Part shown: positions 39,215 through 52,300 of the stretch, piece after piece
Numbering within the stretch: position 1 is the stretch's first letter
Layout: the number at the start of each line of letters is the position of its first letter
Assembly (NCBI GenBank): GCA_951406725.2
Contig: OX597820.1
Span: forward strand, 46,810,001-46,874,000
From: Octopus vulgaris
Lineage: Eukaryota
DNA: 64,000 nucleotides
Direction of reading: 5' to 3'
Notes under the pieces: generated by a model
What the model saw: the letters and a program-made list of their open reading frames with translations, nothing else
Told to the model about the DNA's origin: nothing
Databases searched by the model: none
Program-made: the position numbers and the translations under genes

Positions 39215-42200
39215 GGAGGGAGGTACTGCTAATAACATTAATCAATGGAATCACAAACATCAAGAAATATTTTTTGGTATTTGTATGTACTCTTGTTCAA
39301 TGGCTGCCCTATATTTGTCAACTGTTGCCAGTTTTGTACCACTAATTTTATATTAAAAGCCTAATGGTGTGAGGTCTGGTGAATGCAGAGGGTATTCTAG
39401 TGAACCTCTTTGTCCAGTCCACTTGTTCAGCAAAATCTCATCAAACTAAGCCCTTACATTAGTTATGGTTGAATGCCCCCCCCCCCCATCTTGCTGAAAA
39501 TGAAAGTTCACATCTCCAAAGCCTTCATGAATGCTTTATATAATACATTGTTGCAGCAAGTCCAAGCAACCAGAACCAGGCACTGTACCATAAAAAAAAA
39601 TTGTTCAGTTAATCTTTTTGATTATAATTCACACCAAACTGTAACTCCTGGTAAATTAACATGATGTTTCTCCATAAAATGTGGATTCTTATATGCCCTA
39701 TGTGTACAATTGTGGTGATTAATTGAACCATTTAATTTAAATGTAACCTCATCACTCCAAACAATCTTTGTGGACAGTGTACATCTAATTATCCTACCAA
39801 TACCACTCACAAAACCCACTCTTTGGCTTATCTTCATGGAGAGCATGGACTATTCTAGGAAAGTAACTTTTCTAATGACAGTGCTCCAAAATGTGATTTG
39901 ACTCTTGATTTTCAAATTCTTGTTTCATACATTGCCCCTTACATAACATGGAGTTCATTAAAAAATTAAACATGTACTTATACAAGGAAAAGTATACTGT
40001 GACTGGTCCCAAAAGTTGATGGAATATGGCTTGGACAGAACTTTTTAACTACATACTGATCTCAGAGAGGGGAACCAAGTAACCAGTTCCATTTTAGAAG
40101 TCAAAACAAAAACTGAAATCATTATTTATTTCGTAGACTTGGAATATCTGTTACAGCAGCCTTCAATATTTTTCAGTATGACCATGTAGATAGGGAAAGG
40201 TAAGATATCAAACAACTAGCTAGAGGAGTTTGCAGTTAGTATCCTGCCACTCAGCACTTCATTGTTTACTTAAAACACTTATTCTACTGAAACACATGTG
40301 GCAAGTGTCTAGTTATAGACTGGTAACATATCTAGAAAGAGATTATTTTCTCTTATTCACTTAATACATTGTTTTGCTCTGGGATGCTAATTCCTGGTGA
40401 AGTTATAAGGCAAGGCCGGATTAAGACCCATAAAAGCCTTTAGCGCTTAAAAGATTTTGGTGCCCTCCATAAAAGATTATGTTATTCAAAATATAAATAA
40501 TAAAACCATAAAATAAATTATTTTTTAAAATGAAACAAAAGAAAATTTAAGATGGAAAATAATACTTATTTTTGTACACTTTCACTTTATTTATATTTGA
40601 AAAGTTTTCTACTTTTTTTTAAATTGTGAAATCTTTGATCAGATCATCACTATGACATCATGAACACTTTGAAATTATATTTCCAAGTATATACGCTACT
40701 CTGAGTATTATTTTTGCAAGTTTAAAGTGATTTTTTTTTTCTGTGTTGTAAATTATTTATCAGTTACCATTTCTGTGGTTCCCCCTTCACTTGATGCCCT
40801 AGGCATGTGCTTATTTTGCTTAATGGTTAATCCTGCACTGTTGTAGGGTCACTGTTGTGACAAACATGTCTTGAAAATTTACACCTGGTGGAGTCCATTC
40901 CTCTTCAAATTCAGGGACGGTCATTTCTCTAAGAAAAAGGTAAAAAATGACAGAAAAAAAAAGATGTAACAATCAATAGATTTCAATACTAGACATGTAC
41001 TTTAGTTAGCAGCCCTGAAAGGATGAATAATAAAGTTCACCTTGGTGGTATTTGAACTCAAAGTGCCAAACTGGATCAAATACCACGAAGCCTTTTATCC
41101 AATGCTCTAATACTTCTACTAATTTGTTGCCTCAGCACAAAAGGAACTGGAGATAAATTACAATCCTATGCACAGAGAAAGTCTGTGAAAGTAAATCTGT
41201 ACAATTTTTATGACCCTCTAAACATTGTAGACTTTCTCTTGGATATTATGTTTCGACAATGCATCAAATCTCAAATCTTTCAATCTTCTTGTCATTAAGT
41301 GTGGGACCTGAACACTGGTAAATGTCTGAAGGTTATGCGTCATTTGAAAGCAGTGAGGTCAGTGGCAATATCTGGAGAACTCGTTATCAGTGGATGTGAT
41401 GAGGGTGAAGTGAAGGTTTGGCACCGTGGCACTGGACAAATGGTTAAGGTAACAGCTAACTTAAGCTTATTTCATTCTTTTTTCCCCACTCCAAATGTTG
41501 CCCTATGATTGATTAGTTTTTGCTTCTCGATTGATTTATTATATCCCCCACAACACCTGCTGCTCCTCCACTTCCTCTCACATTCACATTCTTTCCATAT
41601 TTTTAACTTCTTTCGTGTTTTTATCTTCCTTTTTCCTTATTCCAGCTCTCTCTCTCTCTTTCTCTCCTTCTTCCTCCCTCCCTCTCACCATCCTCTCTCT
41701 CTTCATGTATGATAATGAAATTAATTGTATACAGTGCTCAGGTGCACCACAACTTGTCAGAAAGTGCATATAAAGTACATGCAGTAATGTAGAAATGTCT
41801 GGAAAGCGAACAATGTATGAGTCAGATACATGCTTGTGTGTGTATGGAGGGGAGAAAATCAAGTGTAGTGTTGGCGAATCTCAGGAAGCATGGAAGTTTT
41901 GAAGGATGCAGTGCTCCGACAACTAACAACTGATGCCGGCAGTTTGTTCCATGCTTCAGCAATTCTCAGCGTGAAAAAATGTTTTCCCTGAAGTCATGGG
42001 AGCTGTGCTGTTTTCTTACTTTGTAAATATGTCCACGGGTGTTAGATGGGTGGAGTTTGAAAAGGTGCTCAGAGTTATTGTTTGTACGATGGTTGATAAT
42101 TTTATGGGTGTCTGCCAAGTCAGCTGCCAGACGTCGGAGTTTCAATGTGTCCATGCCCAGGGAAGTAAGGCGTTCAGGATATCAATAGATGCATTGAACA

Positions 42201-45200
42201 CCAGGTGATGTAATTTAAATCTTCTGCTGCTGCTGTGACATGTGCTTTAGTATGATGTTTAAATCTACCCTCATCACATTCCCTACTAATTTTAACACTA
42301 AGATCACACAAACCTCAGGCTTAGTTTCTCAGACACTTGTGTGACAGCAAAAAGCCTCCTTTTCATGATTCATTTTTTTAGTGACCAAAAGAGCAAGTGA
42401 CAGAGTTTTTATGGCATAAACACACCAGCATCAGTTGTGAAGTGATGTTGGGGACACACACATACACACACACACACGAACATATACACACACATGCATA
42501 TATATATATATATATATGACGGGCTTCTTTCAATTTCCATCTACCAAATCCACTCAGAAAGCTCTGGTTGGCCCGCGGCTATAGCAGAAGACACTTCCCA
42601 AGTTGCCCAGAACCATGTGGTTGGTAAGCAAGCTACTTACCACACAGCCACTCCTGCACCTATGATGAACTCGTTGATATGACTGGTGTGTCCTGAAGCT
42701 CCTATCAACGAATTTTGAGTGAGAAAGTGCAAATGAAAAAATTTGCAGCAAAATTTGTACCTTGCTTCCTCATGGAAGATCAAAAGCTGTCATGAACAGA
42801 TGGAAGTTGATCTGGATATTTTTTCAAAGGTCATCACTAGTGACAAAAGCTGGTGCTATGGAATTTGCAGATGTGGAAGAGGTGAAGAAAAATAATGACA
42901 GAGGTGTTAAAAAGCATCACTTCACAAGAGTTCCAGCACTGCTTCCAACAGTGGAAAACATACCTGGACTGATGCATTGCTTTAAATGGGGAATATTTTG
43001 AAGGTGATAAAAGTGTAAACATGTGAATAAAATGATATTGCAAAATTCCACTTTCTTTTTGGTACCCCATCATATGTAGCAGATAAATTTCTTTCAACAA
43101 AGTTCCCATTGTCTTTAAAATGGGAACCAGTAAACTAGTGAGGGAGCTTCTTCCTTGATAGTTAACCCTACTCGATATCACAGCTAAATTCTCTTCTGCA
43201 AATTCTTAACATTCTTGAAATGGTAATCATATTAGCCAGTGAACAAGCTTCCATATATTTCTTTGATTTGCTCAATATCTGGACCAGGAAATCTCTATGG
43301 AAAGGGAGCCAAACTTTTCCAGGAATGCTTACTATTACTGTATTTTCTGGCATACAAATAGAATTTTTCAAACCAAAATTTACAGTCCAATGTAACTAAG
43401 TCAAATCTGGAGGGCCAAAAATTCCATGTGAAATGCAGCAGGATTTGGAAAAATAGTGATGATGATTGAATGTTTACACTACATGTTTACACTATATGCT
43501 ACATCCACTATATAGTACAATGTAGTGTATTGTATATTCTATAATGTACAATGTACAGTATCGTATTTTCTGACATATGTTGACTTGTATGCCAGAAAAC
43601 ACTGTATGCTTTAAATAGGAACTATTTGATTCACTGAGGGAATATCCATGCAGTCACTTAGTCCAGTGCTACTCAAAGTGGTACTCGATGGACCAGTGCT
43701 GGTCCACGAGTCATCAGCTGCCGGTACATGGCGAGTTTCCAGAAAAGAAAGAAGCAGTAGAATAATTTTAGTAATTTCGCCTTATCCACTGCAATAAACA
43801 ACTTGATAGATCGCCAGCCACTACACATTCTTTATTTTCTCTCCTTGTATCTTTCTGTGTTCCTTTCTGTGGAAGAGCGTAGGCTCAAAATGTTAATGAC
43901 TTTTTCACTTCCCAAGCATTATACTAATACATCTGTTTGTTGTCTACACCACCTGTCTTCGTCTTTTGTTTTTTTCTGAATTCTCCCCGTAATATAGTAT
44001 AATTTGTTTACAAAATAAATATAAGATAAAAAAAATTGTCAACTTTTATTATTTTCATTATATATATCGTTTCCAGTATAAATTAATAATACTAAGAAAT
44101 ATTATTGGTCCCTGGCACATGGGAAAAAAAAAATTGCCAGTACGCCACATTAGATAGTTTGAGAAGCACTGACTTAATAAAACAGTTAAAGTTTCCTAAT
44201 AGAAAACTCTTTCTTGTTTTTAAAATAAGGATTACCAGCAAGAATTTTTTTGTAACATAGCTTGACTTTTACAATACAGTAGCTATATTGTTCTCAACAA
44301 TTTCCTTTCTTTGCACATATTTATTGTAAAGCAGGAACCACAGAAATTTGTTTACACAATGAATTTGTTCAAATTTTGTCTCAAAACTGTCATTAAAATA
44401 GGGGGCAGGGCACATGTAATTAGATGATTATCAAACATAGTATTGTTGGAGATGTTCCAAGATGATGGAGAGTAAAAAGGGACTGAACCAGGTTTTCAAA
44501 TATCTACTTTTGTGAGAAACAGATATTAACTATACTAAAGAAAGCAACCATATGCAAGTATGATTTATATCAAAATACATTTTTAATTAGTTTATGTCTG
44601 TTTTCCCAGAATAACATTGTATGGGTTGGATTTTGTATATCATTGAAGCCATTTTTCTCATAGCTCTGTGGCAGGGACATCCTGCCCGGGTAGGCGAGGT
44701 AGGTAGTGCCTACCCTGAATAAAATAGATCGATAGTAGCATTTTCCTTTTATGGCAAAATATGCACCTAATTCAATAAAATTATGAATGTTACTCTGATT
44801 ACTATGCATAAAATGTATTTTTTAGTAGAGTAGGTAGGCATAATTCACCCCTGCCTTTCAATTTCAGTATTAATACTATGTATAATACTGCTGTGGTACA
44901 CATGCTGTGTACATTCCTTCAACAACATTTTCTTTACGTGCTATAAAGGCAGAAGTAATTCTGCCTCCAACTCAGTTGCATGCCTGTGTTTTGCTTATTT
45001 TTTGTGTGTTTTACTACATAAACATTACCAACTGCCTACCCTGAGTAATTATTGACACTATGTGCTTGCCCTGTGGTCTTTCTACCACTAACAATGTTTT
45101 TTTCGCGTTCTCTTTAAACTTGTTTTTTTTTTTACCACAGAAATTAAAGGGTCACTCAAGTTCAATAATGTGTCTTAAATTTGACCGCTGGCATATTGTA

Positions 45201-46928
45201 AGTGGGGATAAAGATGGTTATGCCATGGCCTGGAGTTCCCAAGGTAATCATAGCCGCTGTCTGAGTGTTTTCAAACATCCAAAGTAAGATCCGATTTCAT
45301 TGGTAAATTTCTTTTGTAGTTGAGGTATTGTAAAAGAAAAAAAAATTGTACCTACATATATAAATGCAGAAATTCACATACATACATACATACAACCATA
45401 CATACATACACACATACATACATACATACAACCATACATACATACATACATACATACATACATACATACATACATACCTATCTGCATGCATGCATGCATA
45501 CATACATACATACATAAACCATACATACATATCTGCATGCATACACACATGCATACATACATACATACATACATACATACATACATACATACGTACGTGC
45601 GTGCATACATACATACATACATACATACATACATACATACAAACATGCATACAATATACATACATAGATACACAGATACATACATGCAATATACATAAAT
45701 ATATACAATATATATACATGGAGACACACATACAACATACATACATACATACATATATACATACATACACATACACATACATACATATGTACATACAGCA
45801 TGGCTGTGTGGTTAAGAAGTTTACTTCGTTGCCCTTGTTGCTTTGGGTTCAATTCCACAGTAAAATTTGATAAACAGAAACTGTACAGAAGTCTATCATG
45901 TATATATATATGTGTCTATGTAGATCATATATGTATGTCTGTGTGCATGTGTGTATATGAATGTGTTTACATTTCTTTGAGTGAGTGTGTGCACATGTGT
46001 GTGTGTGGGTGTTGATGTGTTTTTTGTTCTGATTAATAATTATTTGTGATGCATATTTGCCAATTAAATATGGCTAACCCTTAAGGGTGGATGCTACTGT
46101 AGTTTGTAGGTCCAGGAGGACACCTCCTCCAGTTGGCTTTAGACACACTTTCTGTGCCCTATCAGTATTTGCAAAGGGAAGCCATCCTTCCCGTCTTCAA
46201 CTTATGATACACACGGACTCGAGTTTCTGGGTATTGACCCGTCATTGGTGTGTGACAATCACAGTTGTCGATGAGAAGTAGGTTCCCTTCACAAACACTT
46301 ATACTTTTTCCACATCGACAACTGTGATTGTCACATGCTGATGACGGGTCAATACCCAGAAACTCGAGTCTGTGTGTATCATAAGTTGAAGACGGGAAGG
46401 ATGGCTTCCCTTTGCAAATACTGATAGAGCACAGAAAGTGTGTCTAAAGCCAGCTGGTGGAGGTGTCCTCCTGGGGCTACAAACTACAGTAGCATCCACC
46501 CTTAGGGGTTAGCCATATTTAAATGGCAAATATACGTCACAGTGTGTTGCAGCTACTGTTTATAACTCGCTCTAAGATTTATTATTGAATAATTATTTAT
46601 TGTAAGAAAATGCCATTTACTGAACTCAGTTTTCTAAAACCTAATAATCATTGCTTTATATTTATTTCAGGGAAGTGTGGTGTATTGAGCTTGCATTTCT
46701 GAGAGTTGTTACTGGATCTGATGATGGTAGGATCCGAATATGGAATTTGATAACTGGCCAGTGTTGCCGAATTATGAGAGGTAACAGCCAGAGTGATCCA
46801 ATACTGCATCTATTCCCTGTTGCAAATAGGTGAGAAGATTAACGCCAATTTTCTGTAAATTGTTCAAACAATCATGTAACCTGGTCATCATTATCACAAT
46901 TAGTATTATTATTATTATTATTATATTA

Positions 46929-46965
<37 letters not shown>

Positions 46966-49301
46966 TCGTTTAGCGTCCGCTTTCCATGCTGGCATGGGTT
47001 GGACGGTTCAACTGGGGTCTGTGAAGCCAGAAGGCTGCACCAGGCCCAGTCTGATCTGGCAATGTTTCTACGGCTGGATGCCCTTCCTAACGCCAACCAC
47101 TCCATGAGTGTAGTGGGTGCTTTTTACGTGCCAGACGAGGCTGGCAAATGGCCACGATCAGATGGTTCTTTTTATGTACCACCGGCACGGAAGCCAGGTG
47201 AGGCTGGCAATGGCCACGATCGGATGGTGCTTTTTACATGCTACTGGCACGGAGGCCACTCGGGGTGGCGCTGGCAATGGCCACGTTTCGATGGTTCTCT
47301 TATGTGTCACCGGCACTGGTATCACAGCTACGATTTCCATTGATGTTGATCGATTTTGATTTTGATTTTCACTTGCCTCAACAGGTTTTCACAAGTAGAG
47401 TTTTGTGTCCCAAGAAGGAAAGGTATGCATAAGTGGACTGAGGCCACGGGTTACGGCCTCACTTGTCCTGATGGGTCTTTTCACGCACAGCATACTTCCA
47501 AAGGTCTCGGTCTCTAGTCATTTCCTCAGTGAGACCTAAAGTTCAAAGGTCGTGCTTCATTATTATTGTTATTATTATTATTATCTCTATCATCCTCGCC
47601 ACCACCTTTTCTCTTTAAACCTTTGTATTCTATGTATGTGTCCCTTCTTTTTTAGTGTATACCGTGTATACTTTCTTTTTTTATCATTTCATTATATGCA
47701 AGCCCCAACACTTTGTGTCTGTCTTTGTACTGTCCCTCTTTCTCTCATCCTTCACCCTTGTGGTAAATAAATGAAATCATCATCATTATTATTATTATTA
47801 TAGACATCACACAGTATACAATATTGTGAGGTTGTTGATTGAAGATATTGTGTCTACTGGAGGTTTGTACTGTTTGTCAAATCACAACAAGGACCTCAGA
47901 CAAACAGTACTTTATGCAATATGCATGCAGTTCCAAGTAATGCTGACTTTTGCAATACACCTAGATTGTAGTGTATTTCTAAAGTTTTCAGCTGTTTTTT
48001 CAGATTGGGTGGTATTGAACTCGATACTCCGATGATAATAGGTATAACCTTTATGTTTGACTCTCATATCTGCCACATCTTAGCAATCTCAGTTCTCAGG
48101 TCTCCATATTTATCAACTTTTTCTCTTTCTTTCATGATGATATGTTGAACTCTGGGCACTGCCACATCGACTATCAGGCACTCTTGTTTGTCCTACCTAT
48201 AGGTTACTATATCTGGCCTTTGGTGCGCTAATACTTAGTCTGTCTGAAAGTCAAAGTCCCAGGGGATTTTTGCCTTTCTCTTTTTGTCCATTACCTTTTC
48301 CGGTGTATGTTGGTACCAAGCACCTATAACATTATATCCATACTTAGGGCATAGTAGCCAGTGGAGGTTTTGGGCTACTGTGTCATGTCTATGTTTGTAC
48401 TCTTTCTGCTCAAGACTTTCACAAGCACTGACAAGGTGAGTCATGCTTCTGACCCTCTTCCCACACATTCTGCAGAGGTCCGTTGCACTTGTATAGTATA
48501 TATTCGTTTTCACTAAGTTGGTATTCAGTGGTCCTGAGCAACAATGATTAAGCTTTCAGTATTCTTTTTTAGGTCACTCCATGATGCCTCTTGGCCTTTT
48601 AATTTGTTGGTTTCATGGTGGAACTGACCATATTATTCCATGTGGAGTAAGGTTTCTTCTCTCTCGTTTGGTGTTCTTGATCACAATTCACAAGCACTCT
48701 CAAGTCATTTTTGTTAAATCCTTCTGCATTAGCAGTATACTGTAGCAGGTTTTGTTTGCTGTTTACCAAATATTCTGTTATGTTTCTTCTTTCACTGTTG
48801 ATGCACTCTTGTACACTAATCAGCCCATGTCCACCTTTACTACTCTTCATGTAGAGCCTGTGTACATTCACCTTAGGGTGGAGGGCAGCATACATTGTCA
48901 TTGTCTTTTGAGTAGTGTGATTGAGTTGGTTAATCTCGCTTGTGTCCATTTCAAGATGGGTGCACTATAGTAGACTACAGCAACTGCTCATATGTTGATG
49001 GCAGTCACAAGGTTCTTTTAGTTGAGTTTTGATTTCAAGAGAAGTTTAAGGTACTTGAAACATGCAGTGATGATCTTGTCTTTCATTTCTTTATGCAAGA
49101 TATTGTCCAGCTCCAGGATCTCAAGGTACTTGTACCCATTATCATCCGAGTCTTTCATTCTCTCTTCATTTGGCAATTCTATGCCTCTACAATTTGCTCT
49201 TTTCCCTCACTTCATAGTAAGCACCGAACACTTTGAGACACCGAATTCCATCCCTATATCCATGCTGCACATTTGCACAGTCTCAACTAGCCTCTCCATT
49301 C

Positions 49302-49346
<45 letters not shown>

Positions 49347-52300
49347 CATTATTATTAAAGTAGCAGGCTGGCAGAATTGTTAGCACACCAGACAAAAAGC
49401 TTAGCAGCATTTCGTCGGTTTTTATATTCCAAGTTCAAATTCTGCTGAGGTCGACCTTGCTTCCATCTTTTTTGAGGTTGATAAAACAAGTACCAGCCAA
49501 GCACTGGGCTTGATGTAATCGACTTACCTGCTCCTCTAAAAATATTGGACTTGTGCCAAAATTTGAAATCTTTATTATTGTTATTATAACTAAGGCAGTG
49601 AGCTGGTAGAATTGTTAGCATGCCGGGCAAAATGTTCAGCAGTATTTCATCTGTTGCTACATTCTGAGTTCAAATTCCACCGAGGTTGACTTCGCCTCTC
49701 ATCCTTTGGGTGGGGGTTTAAAATAAGTACCAGTTATGTGCTGGAGTTAATTTAATCGACTAGCTCCCTTCTCACCAAAATTTTCAAGGCCTTGTGCCTA
49801 GAGTAGAAATAATTCTGAATTCAAATTCCACTGAAGTCGACTTTACCTTGCATTCTTTCAGGGTTGATAAATTAAGTACCAGTGAAGCACTGGGGATGAT
49901 GTAATTGACTAGTCTCCTCCTCCAAAATTTCAAGTCTAATGGCTATAGTAGAAAGGATTATTATTATTATAACTATTATATATATGCTATAGCAGTAAGC
50001 AAGGATGTTGTTTTGAGGTTTGGAGGCAACAAATCTCCTCAAATCTCAAGACATTTTCTGATGATACCTTCAGAATACAGAATTACACTTTTCTGCATAT
50101 TTGACAATGTGTTTCTCAGCCTTTTAAATAGCAGTTTGAGTGTTGTGTCAAGTGTACCAATTACCATAAGAATAATTGTCATCTTAGCCTTCCATAATTT
50201 TTTAAACTCCTGATATTGCTCAATTTTTTCTATATCCATTCCATTACCATATGACCTTACACTGTTTGTTTCTTTCGTCCTCTATAATCATATCCAGTCT
50301 TCTTGCTTCAATATGGTCAATCTTTATAGGGAAATCGTATATAGTCTTGTAACTTTTATTCATAGCCTCTGTTTCTAGTTCATACCACTTTTCTGTTACT
50401 CTGAATCTACACATTTCGCTAACATCCTAATGCACTTTTCACTTATATAGTCATACCTGCTCTTAAACTTTTTCCATGATAGCTTACTAAATTCAATCGA
50501 GATATGGTTAATACTTTCATCTCCTCTCCCACAGATTCTGCATTTGCTCTTCAACTGAATTTTATTAAACTTTGCCTTTATTAAATTCATTCTAATGGCT
50601 TGTTCCCGAGTGGCTGTAATAAGTGCTTCAGTTTCTTGTTTCAGGTTTCTACCCATCAGCCACAACCAGCCTTCTTTACTTACAACATTGTTGGTTTGTT
50701 GCATGAATTGGTCACATAATTTGCTTCTTGTGGAAGGCATGCATGCATTTCACTGGCTGGGTGGTCTGCTGTGAGCACTCCCTGTATAGAAAGCTGTGCT
50801 GAGATTGCACCATCTACAGAGATTCCAGGATAGTGAGCAGGTGTAGTCACCCTTTATCAAGCATATTTTCTCCACAGTTCATCTCTTTTGTGGAGATCCA
50901 GTACTAAGTCTAGTGAAAACCAAGACTGGATGGCTTTTGTCATGACTGGAATTTTGTCATTTGTTCACAACCCTCTACTAGTTAGGTAATATACCTAGTG
51001 AAACTGCTACATTAGCATTCTATGGAGAGCTATAAATGGGAAAGAGTGCAAACATTCTTGGTGAATCAACTGGCTGGTCTGTTCTGGGTGACTTTCAGGT
51101 TGGGTACTATGAGGTACAATGGATAACTTCCAAAAATCCTCTTAAGAAATATTGAATAGACACTGTCATATATTGCTTTTATTTTTCTTTATTATTTTCA
51201 GACTTACCGTAAATACCCACACTAAAATATTGACATTGATATTTGAAGAAATAGAATGGAACTATGACCTAGAGAATGACAGTTTACCCCCACTGACTCA
51301 GTACACTGGCTCAAGTCACCACTCTAGAAATGAGAAGTGGCAATATTTAAATTGGTCAGAGAACAGAATAGGCAGTGATAGCTTTTCAAATAGTAATCTT
51401 TCAAAATCTTTCTCCTTGCTTGGACAAAAAAGCAACTCTCAAATACAAAGAATGAGCATATCAGAAGATAGTAAGAGTTTTCAACTCAACCGTAAAGTTA
51501 AAAGTTTTAGAACAAACCATTTGGCAATATCTAAATACAATTTGAAGAATCGATTGAGCCACTCAGCTCAAAGTGATTATGGATCAAAAGACAAAATGGC
51601 TCACTCTTCACAAAACTGTCAAAGGACCTCAAGCAAGTTGAAGAAGAAAGATGCCACCTGGCAGCAGAAATCTAAAAGTGAGAGTGACATGAAAACAGAT
51701 TCTGTCAAAAAGTCTGCAGTAATTTCAAATAATGTTTCCCAAATTGATCAAAATGGTGAGAATCTAAAATCTGATGAAGAAACTGATCAGGAGTTAACTT
51801 TGGTGCGTAGATTATCCTGGTCGTTTGATCCCCCTAAGATTGTTGAGTCCAAAGAAGTTACTTTGCTAGAAACTAAAAGCTTGCTGAGGTCCCAAATTCG
51901 TAGTAAAACTAAAGTAAAAATTCCAGAGTTTATCCGTTTAACAAGACAAGCTTACCAGCAGCAAAGTAAACTTACAGATGTGACACCTTCAAAAACACAC
52001 CGGTCTTTCTCTTCTCCAGGGAAAATTGACCCAAGGACAAGAATTTCTCTCGACCAAGTATTCCTATCCCAATTGAAGGACTGTGGTTCTTCCAATGAAA
52101 ATAAAGAAAACAATGATGATGATCCAAAAGGTAAGACAGAAGCTAGAATTATGACAAAGACAACAGTACTGACCAAGTTTGTCACAAAATACACCAAAAC
52201 CAAGGCAAAATTTGAAATGCAATCACCAAAAGTAAAGTCTACCATTCCAAGAGGTTGGACCACAAGTCCTGCACCAACTTGGTTTCTACTGGAACAAGAT

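Noticed and set aside
46087-46499. Two similar 64-66 aa ORFs on opposite strands
   Set aside because: By-product of the inverted repeat; non-ATG starts and no recognisable domain.
46440-46515. HDV-like or twister ribozyme assignment for the conserved downstream motif
   Set aside because: Could not map the required helices and catalytic residues by eye; left unclassified.
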